Positions 1 to 8,237 of a DNA stretch of 64,000 nt are shown piece by piece (the stretch's first letter is position 1; each line of letters begins with the position of its first letter). Made by a program: the position numbers and the translations under genes. The DNA comes from a virus, in IMG/VR virus record IMGVR_UViG_3300021963_000047, positions 1 to 64,000 of that record. One strand, 5' to 3'. The notes beneath the pieces are model-generated. The model searched no databases. It was not told where the DNA came from and saw only the letters and a program-made list of their open reading frames with translations.

Positions 1-2
1 TA

Positions 3-164
3 TTTTTAAGTTATCATGGAATGTCTGTAGATGTTGCATCTAACGTTGTAGCTACATGGGCAAATACAGAAGCATACCATACAAATGGATCAGTAAGAGT
101 ATGGGTAGAAGCATCAAAATACGTAATAAAGGAAAGTTATAAGAATGGCTTACTCAGTCTTTGA
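3..164 (+). CDS. 3' end of a partial hypothetical ORF running in from the window edge
   Basis: Frame 3 is open from the edge to TGA 162-164 and overlaps the nrdB start; no recognisable motif. Confidence 0.3.
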   Translation, partial: FLSYHGMSVDVASNVVATWANTEAYHTNGSVRVWVEASKYVIKESYKNGLLSL

Positions 165-1245
165 TTCAAATAATAAAAAAGATCACACATCAGTAAAGGC
201 GTTTTTCGATGATGCACCCACTATTGCAAGATATGATAGACAGAAGTATCCCTGGATCGAGAAGCTCACAGACAAACAATTGGGTTTCTTTTGGCGTCCT
301 GAAGAAGTGGATATCTATAAGGATGCAAAAGATTTTAAAGAGTTGACAGAACATGAGCAACACATTTTTACATCCAATCTCAAGCGACAGATCTTGCTCG
401 ATAGCGTCCAAGGAAGAGCCCCTATGGTGGCGTTTGGACCTATCTGTTCATTACCCGAGCTTGAAAACTGGATCACTACATGGACATTCTCAGAGACAAT
501 CCACTCAAGGTCATACACCCATATCATCAGAAACATATATCCTAACCCTTCAAAAGTTTTCGACGAGATAATGGATATTGCTGAGATCGTAGATTGTGCT
601 GAAGATATTTCAAAATACTATGACGATTTAATTAGATGTAATGAAATGCTAAGTGGTCATTCTGCACATTCAATTTCTGAATATGATCACAAGAAAGCTC
701 TTTGGCTTGCACTTATGTCTGTTAATATCCTTGAAGGAGTAAGATTTTATGTCTCGTTTGCATGTTCGTGGGCGTTTGCTGAAGTCAAGAAAATGGAGGG
801 CAATGCTAAGATCATCAAGTTTATCGCACGTGACGAAAACTTACATCTTGCTGGAACCCAGCAACTCCTCAAGGCTTTACAAAAAGAAGATGAAGACTTC
901 GCTCGCATTGCAGAAGAAACCAAAGATGAATCCATTAAGCTGTTTGTTGCCGCGGTTGAACAAGAAAAAGCGTGGGCATCTTTTCTATTTAAAGACGGTT
1001 CGATGGTTGGTCTCAACGAAGCATTGCTGGGTGAATATATAGAGTGGATAGCAAATAAGCGTATGACAGCGGTCGGGTTGTCATCACCATATAAGGGTGG
1101 TAGTAATCCTCTACCTTGGACACAGAAGTGGATCTCTGGTGCAGAAGTACAAGTTGCACCACAGGAAACTGAAATCACTAGCTATGTAGTTGGTGGTGTT
1201 AAAAAAGATGTAACGACAGATAGTTTTAAAGGATTTAGTCTATGA
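145..1245 (+). CDS. nrdB: Ribonucleotide reductase class Ia beta subunit
   Basis: FFWRPEEVD, LLDSVQGR, FSETIHSRSY, LEGVRFYVSFAC, IARDENLH and C-terminal VAPQETEITSY motifs. Confidence 0.97.
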   Translation: MAYSVFDSNNKKDHTSVKAFFDDAPTIARYDRQKYPWIEKLTDKQLGFFWRPEEVDIYKDAKDFKELTEHEQHIFTSNLKRQILLDSVQGRAPMVAFGPICSLPELENWITTWTFSETIHSRSYTHIIRNIYPNPSKVFDEIMDIAEIVDCAEDISKYYDDLIRCNEMLSGHSAHSISEYDHKKALWLALMSVNILEGVRFYVSFACSWAFAEVKKMEGNAKIIKFIARDENLHLAGTQQLLKALQKEDEDFARIAEETKDESIKLFVAAVEQEKAWASFLFKDGSMVGLNEALLGEYIEWIANKRMTAVGLSSPYKGGSNPLPWTQKWISGAEVQVAPQETEITSYVVGGVKKDVTTDSFKGFSL

Positions 1246-1508
1246 GTTGTGGTGATAATTGTAGTTGTAAGGGAACTAAAGATGTGCATGATACCGAATA
1301 CTACAGAAACATACTCGAGCATTATCGCAAGGGGTATAAAGACGGCATGGAATTTGCAAGAAGCCATCCTCATCTATCACCTCCAGCTATATCGAATGAT
1401 GGGCTTAAAGATTTGGTAGGATGTAAAGTGTGTGGTATTGACTTTACAAAAGGAGTATGGGGATATGTGTGTAATCATCCACAATGCCCTTCGAGAATAA
1501 CATGTTAA
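1242..1508 (+). CDS. Hypothetical Cys-rich protein
   Basis: ATGA overlap with nrdB; CxxC ... CxxxxCP motifs. Confidence 0.6.
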   Translation: MSCGDNCSCKGTKDVHDTEYYRNILEHYRKGYKDGMEFARSHPHLSPPAISNDGLKDLVGCKVCGIDFTKGVWGYVCNHPQCPSRITC

Positions 1509-1523
1509 TTAGGAGAAAAGGAA

Positions 1524-1691
1524 TTGACTGATAGAGAAATAGTTTGTACAAATTGTGAAGCAGAATTTCAAGTAGTACATGATGAAGTAGATTCACCCGA
1601 GTTTTGCCCATTTTGTGGCGACAAGATCAGATATGATGATTCTGATCTTGATGAAGATTTAGACTTGGAAAATTGGGAAGAAGACGTGTGA
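1524..1691 (+). CDS. Small zinc-ribbon protein with acidic tail (55 aa, absent from the ORF track)
   Basis: AGGAG/AAGGA upstream, TTG start; reads MTDREIVCTNCEAEF...EFCPFCGDKIRYDDSDLDEDLDLENWEEDV. Confidence 0.75.
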   Translation: MTDREIVCTNCEAEFQVVHDEVDSPEFCPFCGDKIRYDDSDLDEDLDLENWEEDV

Positions 1692-1718
1692 TAAATAGAG
1701 GGAAAGGTATCCCTCTAT
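1690..1718 (+). promoter_or_regulatory. Late-promoter-like box overlapping a hairpin that sequesters the start of the GIY-YIG gene
   Basis: GATAAATA at 1690-1697; perfect 9-bp stem ATAGAGGGA (1695-1703) / TCCCTCTAT (1710-1718) including the AT of ATG 1717. Confidence 0.6.
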
Positions 1719-2130
1719 GTCTTATGAAAACCCGTGGTATTATAATAACGAAATAGTAGAATCAGATAAAATAGAAGAGTTCTACGGCTTCGTTTACCGA
1801 ATCACAAATACACTCAATAATAAACAATATATCGGCAAGAAGTTTTTCTGGTCATCGAAAACACGTGTAATTAAGAAAAAGAAGAAGCGATACAAAGCTG
1901 AATCTGACTGGAAAAAATATTACGGTTCTAATAAAGAATTGGTGTACGATGTTGATAATTGTGGTATTATGAATTTTAGGAGAGAGATTCTTAGACTGTG
2001 CAAGTCTAAGGGTGAATGCAACTACTTTGAAGCAAAATATCAGTTCGCCGAAGAAGTATTGGAAAATGATAACTATTATAACTCGTGGATCATGTGCAAG
2101 ATACACAAAAGTCACGCGAAGGTAAAATAG
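1717..2130 (+). CDS. GIY-YIG family endonuclease
   Basis: GFVYRITN...QYIGKK, YYGS and conserved E...YN motifs. Confidence 0.85.
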   Translation: MSYENPWYYNNEIVESDKIEEFYGFVYRITNTLNNKQYIGKKFFWSSKTRVIKKKKKRYKAESDWKKYYGSNKELVYDVDNCGIMNFRREILRLCKSKGECNYFEAKYQFAEEVLENDNYYNSWIMCKIHKSHAKVK

Positions 2131-2168
2131 CTCAAAATTTTCCGGAAATATTTTTTACAGTTTACGAA

Positions 2169-2197
2169 TTGACATTTTTTCACAGTTTTTGTACTAT
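2169..2197 (+). promoter_or_regulatory. Sigma70-type promoter for the tRNA cluster
   Basis: TTGACA-17 nt-TACTAT ending 17 nt before tRNA-Leu. Confidence 0.7.
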
Positions 2198-2214
2198 ATA
2201 GATATATAGATCAG

Positions 2215-2291
2215 GCCCATGTAGCCCAATCGGCAGAGGCAGGAGACTTAAAATCTCCAAAGTGTCAGTTCGAGTCTGACCATGGGCACCA
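2215..2291 (+). tRNA. tRNA-Leu(TAA), short variable loop
   Basis: GCCCATG/CATGGGC acceptor, GGAGA-CTTAAAA-TCTCC anticodon arm, GTCAG-TTCGAGT-CTGAC T arm, encoded CCA. Confidence 0.92.
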
Positions 2292-2304
2292 ATAACAGGA
2301 GTAT

Positions 2305-2412
2305 ATGATGGCGCATCCGCATAAGAACAGACCGCGTAAGGGTCGTCGTAAAGTAGGTAGCAAGAAGCGTAAAGCTCGTCGCTTGAAGGGCAAGCGTAAG
2401 GGTAAGAAGTAA
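2305..2412 (+). CDS. Very basic 35-aa peptide
   Basis: AGGAG RBS; MMAHPHKNRPRKGRRKVGSKKRKARRLKGKRKGKK; strongly biased CGT/AAG codon use. Confidence 0.75.
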   Translation: MMAHPHKNRPRKGRRKVGSKKRKARRLKGKRKGKK

Positions 2413-2423
2413 ATACTAATATT

Positions 2424-2498
2424 GCGGGTGTGGTATAAGGGTTGTGCCCTAGCCTTCCAAGCTAGTGAAGACCGGTTCGAGTCCGGCCATCCGCTCCA
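2424..2498 (+). tRNA. tRNA-Gly(TCC)
   Basis: GCGGGTG/CATCCGC acceptor, CTAGC-CTTCCAA-GCTAG anticodon arm, TTCGAGT T loop, T discriminator plus CCA. Confidence 0.92.
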
Positions 2499-2515
2499 CT
2501 GAAATAGGAGTTATC

Positions 2516-2992
2516 GTGTCACGTGAATTTAATCTTGATGAAGTCATTCAATTTATTAGTACTTCTTCGCCTACCACATCCATCTATATTGGAGCAGATA
2601 GTGAACGCTACCGTGGTAGGGATGACAAATGGTATGCTGACTACACAGTTGCTGTTGTTGTACACATGGATTCATCTCGAGGCTGTCGTGTCTTCGGAAA
2701 AGTAGATACAGAACGTGACTATGATAAGCGTCATGATCGTCCGGCTGTTCGTCTAATGAATGAAGTATATCGTGCATCTCAGATGTATCTAGATCTATTG
2801 GAAGCAGTTGGTGATCGTCATTGTGAAGTACATCTTGACATCAATCCAGATGAGATGCATGGATCTTCTTGTGTTATTCAACAAGCAACCGGTTATATTC
2901 GTGGTATGTGTGGCTTTGCACCAAAAGTGAAGCCTGAAGCTTTCGCAGCATCTTATGCTGCTGATCGTCTAAAAGAAATTATGGCCAATTAA
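2516..2992 (+). CDS. RNase H-like YkuK (DUF458) family protein
   Basis: IYIGADS, RLMNEVY, EVHLDIN, KPEAFAASYAAD motifs; start moved to GTG 2516 behind AGGAG because the ORF-track start lies inside tRNA-Gly. Confidence 0.8.
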   Translation: MSREFNLDEVIQFISTSSPTTSIYIGADSERYRGRDDKWYADYTVAVVVHMDSSRGCRVFGKVDTERDYDKRHDRPAVRLMNEVYRASQMYLDLLEAVGDRHCEVHLDINPDEMHGSSCVIQQATGYIRGMCGFAPKVKPEAFAASYAADRLKEIMAN

Positions 2993-3002
2993 GGAGAATA
3001 AA

Positions 3003-3701
3003 ATGCAACCATCTATTACAGAAGTAAGAAGCCAACTCATCTATGATGAGGGTCTACGTAACTTTATGCTTAGTGTCTATAACTATATGACATTTGCGCT
3101 TGCAATAAGCGGTCTTGTATCTCTCGGCATTAGCATGAGTCCTGATCTTCTTAAACTTATCTGGACTACAAACTTTAAGTGGATTGCTATGTTCTCTCCG
3201 CTTGCCATGAGTCTTGTATTTGCATTTATGGTCCAGAATATGAGTGCCTATGCTGCTCGCGTATTCTTGGTAGCTTTTGCGGCTGTCATGGGTCTCAGCA
3301 TGAGCTCTATCTTTCTGGTCTTTAAACTTGGAAGCATTGCTCAGGTATTCTTTATTACTGCTGCCACATTTGGTGCTACTTCTTTGTATGGATATACAAC
3401 TAAGCGAGACTTGACTGGCCTCGGCAGTTTCTTGATGATGGGTGTTATTGGTTTGGTCATTGCTGGTCTTATAAATGTATTCCTACAAAGTTCAATGATG
3501 TCTCTTATCATTAGTTGTATTTCAGTCATCGTGTTTACTGGTCTTACAGCTTATGATACACAGAACTTGAAAAATACTTATGATGAACTTGATGAGACCG
3601 AAAGAGATAAGGCAGGTGCTCTTGGCGCTTTCAATCTCTATATCAACTTCATTAATATCTTTATGTCGCTGCTTAATATTCTTGGCGATAAGAAAGAATA
3701 A
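3003..3701 (+). CDS. Bax inhibitor-1/YccA family membrane protein
   Basis: DEGLRNFMLSVYNYM N-terminus, about 7 hydrophobic helices, YGYTTKRDL, AYDTQ, LYINFINIF. Confidence 0.9.
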   Translation: MQPSITEVRSQLIYDEGLRNFMLSVYNYMTFALAISGLVSLGISMSPDLLKLIWTTNFKWIAMFSPLAMSLVFAFMVQNMSAYAARVFLVAFAAVMGLSMSSIFLVFKLGSIAQVFFITAATFGATSLYGYTTKRDLTGLGSFLMMGVIGLVIAGLINVFLQSSMMSLIISCISVIVFTGLTAYDTQNLKNTYDELDETERDKAGALGAFNLYINFINIFMSLLNILGDKKE

Positions 3702-3712
3702 AAAAAAGAATT

Positions 3713-3787
3713 GCGCGAGTAGCTTAAAGGTGAAGCCGGCCGCTCATAACGGTCTGAGTGTAGGTTCGAGTCCTACCTCGCGCACCA
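3713..3787 (+). tRNA. tRNA with CAT anticodon (Ile2 or elongator Met, not initiator)
   Basis: GCGCGAG/CTCGCGC acceptor with paired 1-72, GGCCG-CTCATAA-CGGTC anticodon arm lacking the 3 GC pairs of initiators, CCA. Confidence 0.9.
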
Positions 3788-3803
3788 TTTTTTCAGGTAA
3801 AAT

Positions 3804-5072
3804 ATGAAAAAAAATCTTTGGAATGAAATGTATAATTTGCCAGAACCAGCTTGTCTTTATAAGTGGCAATGGACAACAGTATATCTTTCACAACAACAAG
3901 CTAGTACTTGTCATAGAGTTGAAGCAGAAGATATATCTTTAGAAGATTTTGATTTTCATAATACTCAGGGTGCTATACAGGCTAGAAAAAAAATGCTTGA
4001 TGGTAAATGGCCCGGGAAGGGTTGTGAGTATTGTCGAGACTTGGAAGAAGTTGGTGGTTTGAGTGATCGCGAACATATTAATAATAGTATGAAGCACATC
4101 AATCGTTTAACTCCAAAAGAAGTATTAATTGATCCACTTTCAACTCACTTAACACCATCAACATTAGAAGTATATTTTTCTAATTTATGTAATCAGGCAT
4201 GTCTATATTGCTTTTCAAAATATAGTTCAAAGATAGAAGCCGAACACAGACATTATAATACTTCTAACGAAACTGAAGAATTTCAGTTAAGAATTACTTC
4301 TGAAAGAAAGAAAAACTATAAAGAAGCAAAAACTAAATTTTGGAATTGGATGAAAAGTAATGCTATTTCTTTAAAAGAATATCATATTTTGGGTGGTGAG
4401 CCACTATATCAAGAAGAAATATGGGAAAACATTGAATTCTTTAAAAATAATCCATGTCCAGATTTAAATATTCAAATATTCACAAATTTAAATATAGAAA
4501 ATAAAAAAGCCAGAGATATTTTTATTTCATTTCAAAAATTAATAGATAATAAAAATATTAAAAACTTAACTTTAATGTTAAGCAAAGATTGTTGGGGTCC
4601 CTCTGAAGAATATGTAAGAAGTGGATCAAACAATATTGTTTGGAAAGAAAATTTTGATATGCTTTCTAAAGATTTTTGTTTTTCTGTTATGATACATTCA
4701 ACTTTATGTAATTTGAGTATTAAATCTAATATAGATCTCATAACATTATATAATAATTCATTCTTATCAAGATTAGATAATAATTGTTTTAATTATAGTA
4801 AAGCAGGAGGACACCCTCATCTAGATATAGGTATATTTCCTAAAGGCTTCTTTGATAAAGACTTTGACATGATGATAAAGAATGTTAAATATGAATGGTC
4901 TAAAACCAAATTGGAAGGCTTTAAAAAGTTTGCAAATTCTAGACCATATAGACCAGATCTAGTCTATAAACTTAAAAATTATCTAGATATCATTGATCAA
5001 AGAAGAGGAATGAACTGGAGACAGACTTTCCCATGGTTAGACAAGTTTAATCCAGATGATTACACAGAATAA
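3804..5072 (+). CDS. Radical SAM protein with an extra N-terminal Cys cluster
   Basis: CNQACLYC (CxxxCxxC), ILGGEP, IFTN motifs; N-terminal C...CH...CEYC. Confidence 0.88.
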   Translation: MKKNLWNEMYNLPEPACLYKWQWTTVYLSQQQASTCHRVEAEDISLEDFDFHNTQGAIQARKKMLDGKWPGKGCEYCRDLEEVGGLSDREHINNSMKHINRLTPKEVLIDPLSTHLTPSTLEVYFSNLCNQACLYCFSKYSSKIEAEHRHYNTSNETEEFQLRITSERKKNYKEAKTKFWNWMKSNAISLKEYHILGGEPLYQEEIWENIEFFKNNPCPDLNIQIFTNLNIENKKARDIFISFQKLIDNKNIKNLTLMLSKDCWGPSEEYVRSGSNNIVWKENFDMLSKDFCFSVMIHSTLCNLSIKSNIDLITLYNNSFLSRLDNNCFNYSKAGGHPHLDIGIFPKGFFDKDFDMMIKNVKYEWSKTKLEGFKKFANSRPYRPDLVYKLKNYLDIIDQRRGMNWRQTFPWLDKFNPDDYTE

Positions 5073-5457
5073 AAACATTAAAAAACTATTATTAATTACT
5101 ATATGTAGCATAGTAGCTGGTTGTGCTTCTACTAATAGTAATGCATCTCTTTTAGAAGAGACAGCTAGTATAAATAAAAAGTACCTCGTGAATGCTACGT
5201 GGTATAAGGCGGGTCGTAAGACTGCTAATGGGGAAAAGTTTGATCCTCATGGCATGACTGCGGCTCATAAAAAGTTACCATTTAATACTATGGTGAGGGT
5301 AACCAATCCTAGCAATGGTAAGAGCATTTTGGTTAGGATTAATGATCGTGGCCCCTTTACTAAAGGAAGAGATTTAGATCTCGCAATGGGGGCGGCAAAA
5401 GCTATAGATATGAAGGGAACATCTAAGTTAGTAATGGAGATCATGCCAAACCAATAA
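5056..5457 (+). CDS. rlpA: RlpA-like (double-psi beta-barrel) lytic transglycosylase lipoprotein
   Basis: Lipobox VAGC; [30 protein letters not shown] motifs. Confidence 0.88.
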   Translation: MITQNKNIKKLLLITICSIVAGCASTNSNASLLEETASINKKYLVNATWYKAGRKTANGEKFDPHGMTAAHKKLPFNTMVRVTNPSNGKSILVRINDRGPFTKGRDLDLAMGAAKAIDMKGTSKLVMEIMPNQ

Positions 5458-5472
5458 CAAAAAGGAAAACGC

Positions 5473-6309
5473 ATGAAAAAGATTATTTTAATTGTGTCAC
5501 TGATGCTGGCACCATTTGCTACAGCAAATCTTGCAGAAGCTAGGCCAAACAATGAAAATACTCAGGTCTCGCAACAACAAGTAAAGAAAAAGAAACAGGT
5601 TAAGAAGAAGCCTGTAAAAAAAGTTCAAGCAGCTAAAGTAGCTCCGGAAAATAATCCATTTATAAGAGACACTCGTCCTATATTTGGTTATACACATGAA
5701 GAATCTGTCGCACAATATTGGGCAGAAGAAAAAGCAAGACAAGAAAGACAACAAAAAGAAGCAGCTCAACAGGTAGCTTCTAATCTTGGCTTAAATAAAA
5801 AGCAAAATAACGTTACTAAAAAGACTGCGCTAGAAGTTCGTAAAGACTGTTTCTGGTTTATATGTAAAGATGAACAGGTAGTTAAACCGGTTTATGCAGA
5901 AGCCAAGAAGTGGGAAGGCAAGAACGCTAAGAAAAATCGTGGCGAGTTAAAGAGTCTTATGGCTGCAGGTAATAACAACCAACCTGTAGATCCGGTTAGA
6001 ATTCCTTGGTGTGCAGGATTTGTTAATGCTATATTAGCACGTTCTGGTTATGAAACAACAGGAAGTCTAATGGCTCGTAGCTTCTTACATTATGGTGTAG
6101 TAACAAAAGAACCAGAGATCGGTGATATAGTTGTTACTAAACGAGGAAGAAGTGAAATGGCAGGTCACGTTGGTTTCTTCGAAGGTTATGAATGGTTCGA
6201 AGGCGTTAAATACATCAAAGTGTATGGTGGCAATACTGCTAAGTCAGTTCAAGTTGGTTACTTCCCAGCAAACCAAGTATTAGGGTATCGTAAACCAGTA
6301 ACAGCTTGA
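5473..6309 (+). CDS. TIGR02594-like (CHAP/NlpC-P60 fold) peptidoglycan hydrolase with signal peptide
   Basis: PWCAGFVN, ARSF, GDIVV, GHVGF, GGN motifs; N-terminal signal peptide. Confidence 0.8.
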   Translation: MKKIILIVSLMLAPFATANLAEARPNNENTQVSQQQVKKKKQVKKKPVKKVQAAKVAPENNPFIRDTRPIFGYTHEESVAQYWAEEKARQERQQKEAAQQVASNLGLNKKQNNVTKKTALEVRKDCFWFICKDEQVVKPVYAEAKKWEGKNAKKNRGELKSLMAAGNNNQPVDPVRIPWCAGFVNAILARSGYETTGSLMARSFLHYGVVTKEPEIGDIVVTKRGRSEMAGHVGFFEGYEWFEGVKYIKVYGGNTAKSVQVGYFPANQVLGYRKPVTA

Positions 6310-6350
6310 GATACGTATTAATACAACGATATAATTATAATATAATATTA

Positions 6351-6402
6351 GACATAGAGAAAGATCAAGTAGTTTTTTTATCAAAAGATCTTTCTCTGTG
6401 TC
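6351..6402. repeat. 16-bp inverted repeat in an intergenic region
   Basis: GACATAGAGAAAGATC (6351-6366) / GATCTTTCTCTGTGTC (6387-6402), one G-U pair, 20-nt loop. Confidence 0.8.
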
Positions 6403-6423
6403 GAAAACAACTGGAGTTATATA

Positions 6424-6585
6424 ATGACACATGTGGATCTTCTGCAAGTTGAAATTAATTGGCTTAGACAAATCTTAGAACATATAGATAAAGTTATTAA
6501 GTCAGAGACTATGACAGACTCTGAAAAAACTGTTGCTATTGCGTGGTTGGTTCGTCAAACAAAGAGTGCAAGTAGAGATGAGTGA
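6424..6585 (+). CDS. Hypothetical 53-aa protein
   Basis: GGAG RBS; MTHVDLLQVEINWLRQILEH...; overlaps the clpP start. Confidence 0.55.
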   Translation: MTHVDLLQVEINWLRQILEHIDKVIKSETMTDSEKTVAIAWLVRQTKSASRDE

Positions 6586-7141
6586 TAAAGAAGATAAGAT
6601 TACAAATATACCAAGTATAGAAGATCATCACTATCTTTTATTTAATAAAGATTTTGATCCAAGTTCTTGTGGTGATGCTATGGAATTTATTATAGCAAGA
6701 AACTTGATGAGAAAAGATCGTCCTAAACATATTAAAATGATTATTAATTCTCCTGGTGGTGAAGTTGGTTCAGCATTTGCATTAATCGATACGATGAAGG
6801 GATCAAAGATACCAGTATACACTTATGGTCTTGGCGAGATTGCTAGTTGTGGTTTAATGACTTTTATTGCAGGAGAAAAAGGTCATCGTTATGTGACTAG
6901 GAATACTGCCATCCTTTCTCACCAATATTCTTGGGGAAGTTATGGTAAAGAACACGAACTTATGGCCCGTGTAAAAGAATTTAATAATACACATGCCCGT
7001 ATTGTTGAACACTATAAGCGCTGTACTGGTTTGGATGAAAAATCTATTAAGAAGTATCTTCTACCCGCAGAAGATGTATGGCTTACTGCTAAAGAAGCAG
7101 TTAAGTATGGGATAGCAGACGAGATCGTGGAGTTTTATTAA
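6578..7141 (+). CDS. clpP: ClpP-like serine protease (S14)
   Basis: IINSPGG, GEIASCG (catalytic Ser), ILSHQ (His), DVWLTAKEAVKYGIADEI; start moved to ATG 6578. Confidence 0.88.
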   Translation: MSDKEDKITNIPSIEDHHYLLFNKDFDPSSCGDAMEFIIARNLMRKDRPKHIKMIINSPGGEVGSAFALIDTMKGSKIPVYTYGLGEIASCGLMTFIAGEKGHRYVTRNTAILSHQYSWGSYGKEHELMARVKEFNNTHARIVEHYKRCTGLDEKSIKKYLLPAEDVWLTAKEAVKYGIADEIVEFY

Positions 7142-7290
7142 TGTGGAGACTCTGGGCAAAAGCTCTAGGGGAAAAAGCAAGTAGTGATAATAAAGAAGCA
7201 GATTTAATTGCTACTATCAGGACTTTAATTGTCTTGTGCTATATCATAACTAATATGTTTATTGTGGCAGGAGTTATACGACATTGGTGA
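7141..7290 (+). CDS. Small membrane protein of T4-like aquatic phages (49 aa)
   Basis: MWRLWAKALGEKAS...FIVAGVIRHW, translationally coupled to clpP. Confidence 0.7.
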   Translation: MWRLWAKALGEKASSDNKEADLIATIRTLIVLCYIITNMFIVAGVIRHW

Positions 7291-7508
7291 AGTCTTTTGA
7301 GTGGTGGATGGAATGGACAGCCACTGCAGTCTTGATGGTAGGAGTAGCTCTTACCGCTTGGAATATCTATCCATTAAATATCTACTTCAGTTTAGCAGGC
7401 AATTTTGGTTGGCTTGTAGTTGGTTATATGTGGAAAAAGTGGTCTTTGATCATAATCCAGTTTGTTGTTTCAGCACTTTATGTAGCAGGCCTCATTATAA
7501 ATACTTAA
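7284..7508 (+). CDS. Small hydrophobic membrane protein
   Basis: About 3 hydrophobic segments; coupled to neighbours. Confidence 0.65.
   Translation: MVKSFEWWMEWTATAVLMVGVALTAWNIYPLNIYFSLAGNFGWLVVGYMWKKWSLIIIQFVVSALYVAGLIINT
7496..7503 (+). promoter_or_regulatory. T4-type late promoter
   Basis: Exact TATAAATA 17 nt before ATG 7521. Confidence 0.7.
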
Positions 7509-7520
7509 AACGAGGATGCC

Positions 7521-8237
7521 ATGAAACCATTTTACTCATACTTAGAAGAATTGAAGATAAGCCTTCAGTATCATGATGAGCTTAACCCTAAACTATGGAA
7601 TGGTAATAAACTTAAACCAGAAGTCAGAGTAAAACTATTACAGTTTGCCGACGCGTGGGGAGATTATGCGAGCATTCCTAAAAATCTAATTCAAGACATC
7701 ATTATGGTTGGTGGCAATGTCAATTATAATTACACCGACAAGTCAGATATTGATGTGCATATTGTAATTGATAGAAATAAATTAGGTGAGAGAAAGCTTG
7801 TAGATGACTATCTACAGAGTAAAAAAGTTTTATGGACTCTAACACATAATATAAAAGTCTATGGTTATTCTTTAGAACCATACGCGCAAGATCCTGTAGC
7901 ATCCTATCCGAAAGGACAGGGTGTTTTTTCTTTAAAGAATAATAAGTGGATAGTTGAACCTACTAAGGGCTCTTATGATTTCAATAAAGATAAGAATCTA
8001 AAGAAAAAAGTTTCTGACTATATGCATCTTATAGATCATATGATAAAGAGTAAAATGGATGCTGAAGCATTTAGATCTTTAAAAGAAAAGATTAGAGGAA
8101 TGCGTGGCGCTGCTATCGCAAAGGGTGGCGAGTTTAGTCAAGAGAATCTTGTATTCAAAGAACTTCGTAATCGTGGTTACCTTGACAAGATGGATAAATA
8201 TGAAAAGAGCCTGAAGGACAAAGAACTGTCATTGTAA
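7521..8237 (+). CDS. Nucleotidyltransferase (Pol beta superfamily)
   Basis: IIMVGGNVNYNY...SDIDVHI (hG[GS]...DxD) signature. Confidence 0.75.
   Translation: MKPFYSYLEELKISLQYHDELNPKLWNGNKLKPEVRVKLLQFADAWGDYASIPKNLIQDIIMVGGNVNYNYTDKSDIDVHIVIDRNKLGERKLVDDYLQSKKVLWTLTHNIKVYGYSLEPYAQDPVASYPKGQGVFSLKNNKWIVEPTKGSYDFNKDKNLKKKVSDYMHLIDHMIKSKMDAEAFRSLKEKIRGMRGAAIAKGGEFSQENLVFKELRNRGYLDKMDKYEKSLKDKELSL

Noticed and set aside
145-1245. Intron or intein in nrdB
   Set aside because: The ORF is continuous and of normal beta-subunit length.
2465-2515. N-terminal extension of the YkuK-like ORF
   Set aside because: Lies inside tRNA-Gly; the RBS supports GTG 2516.
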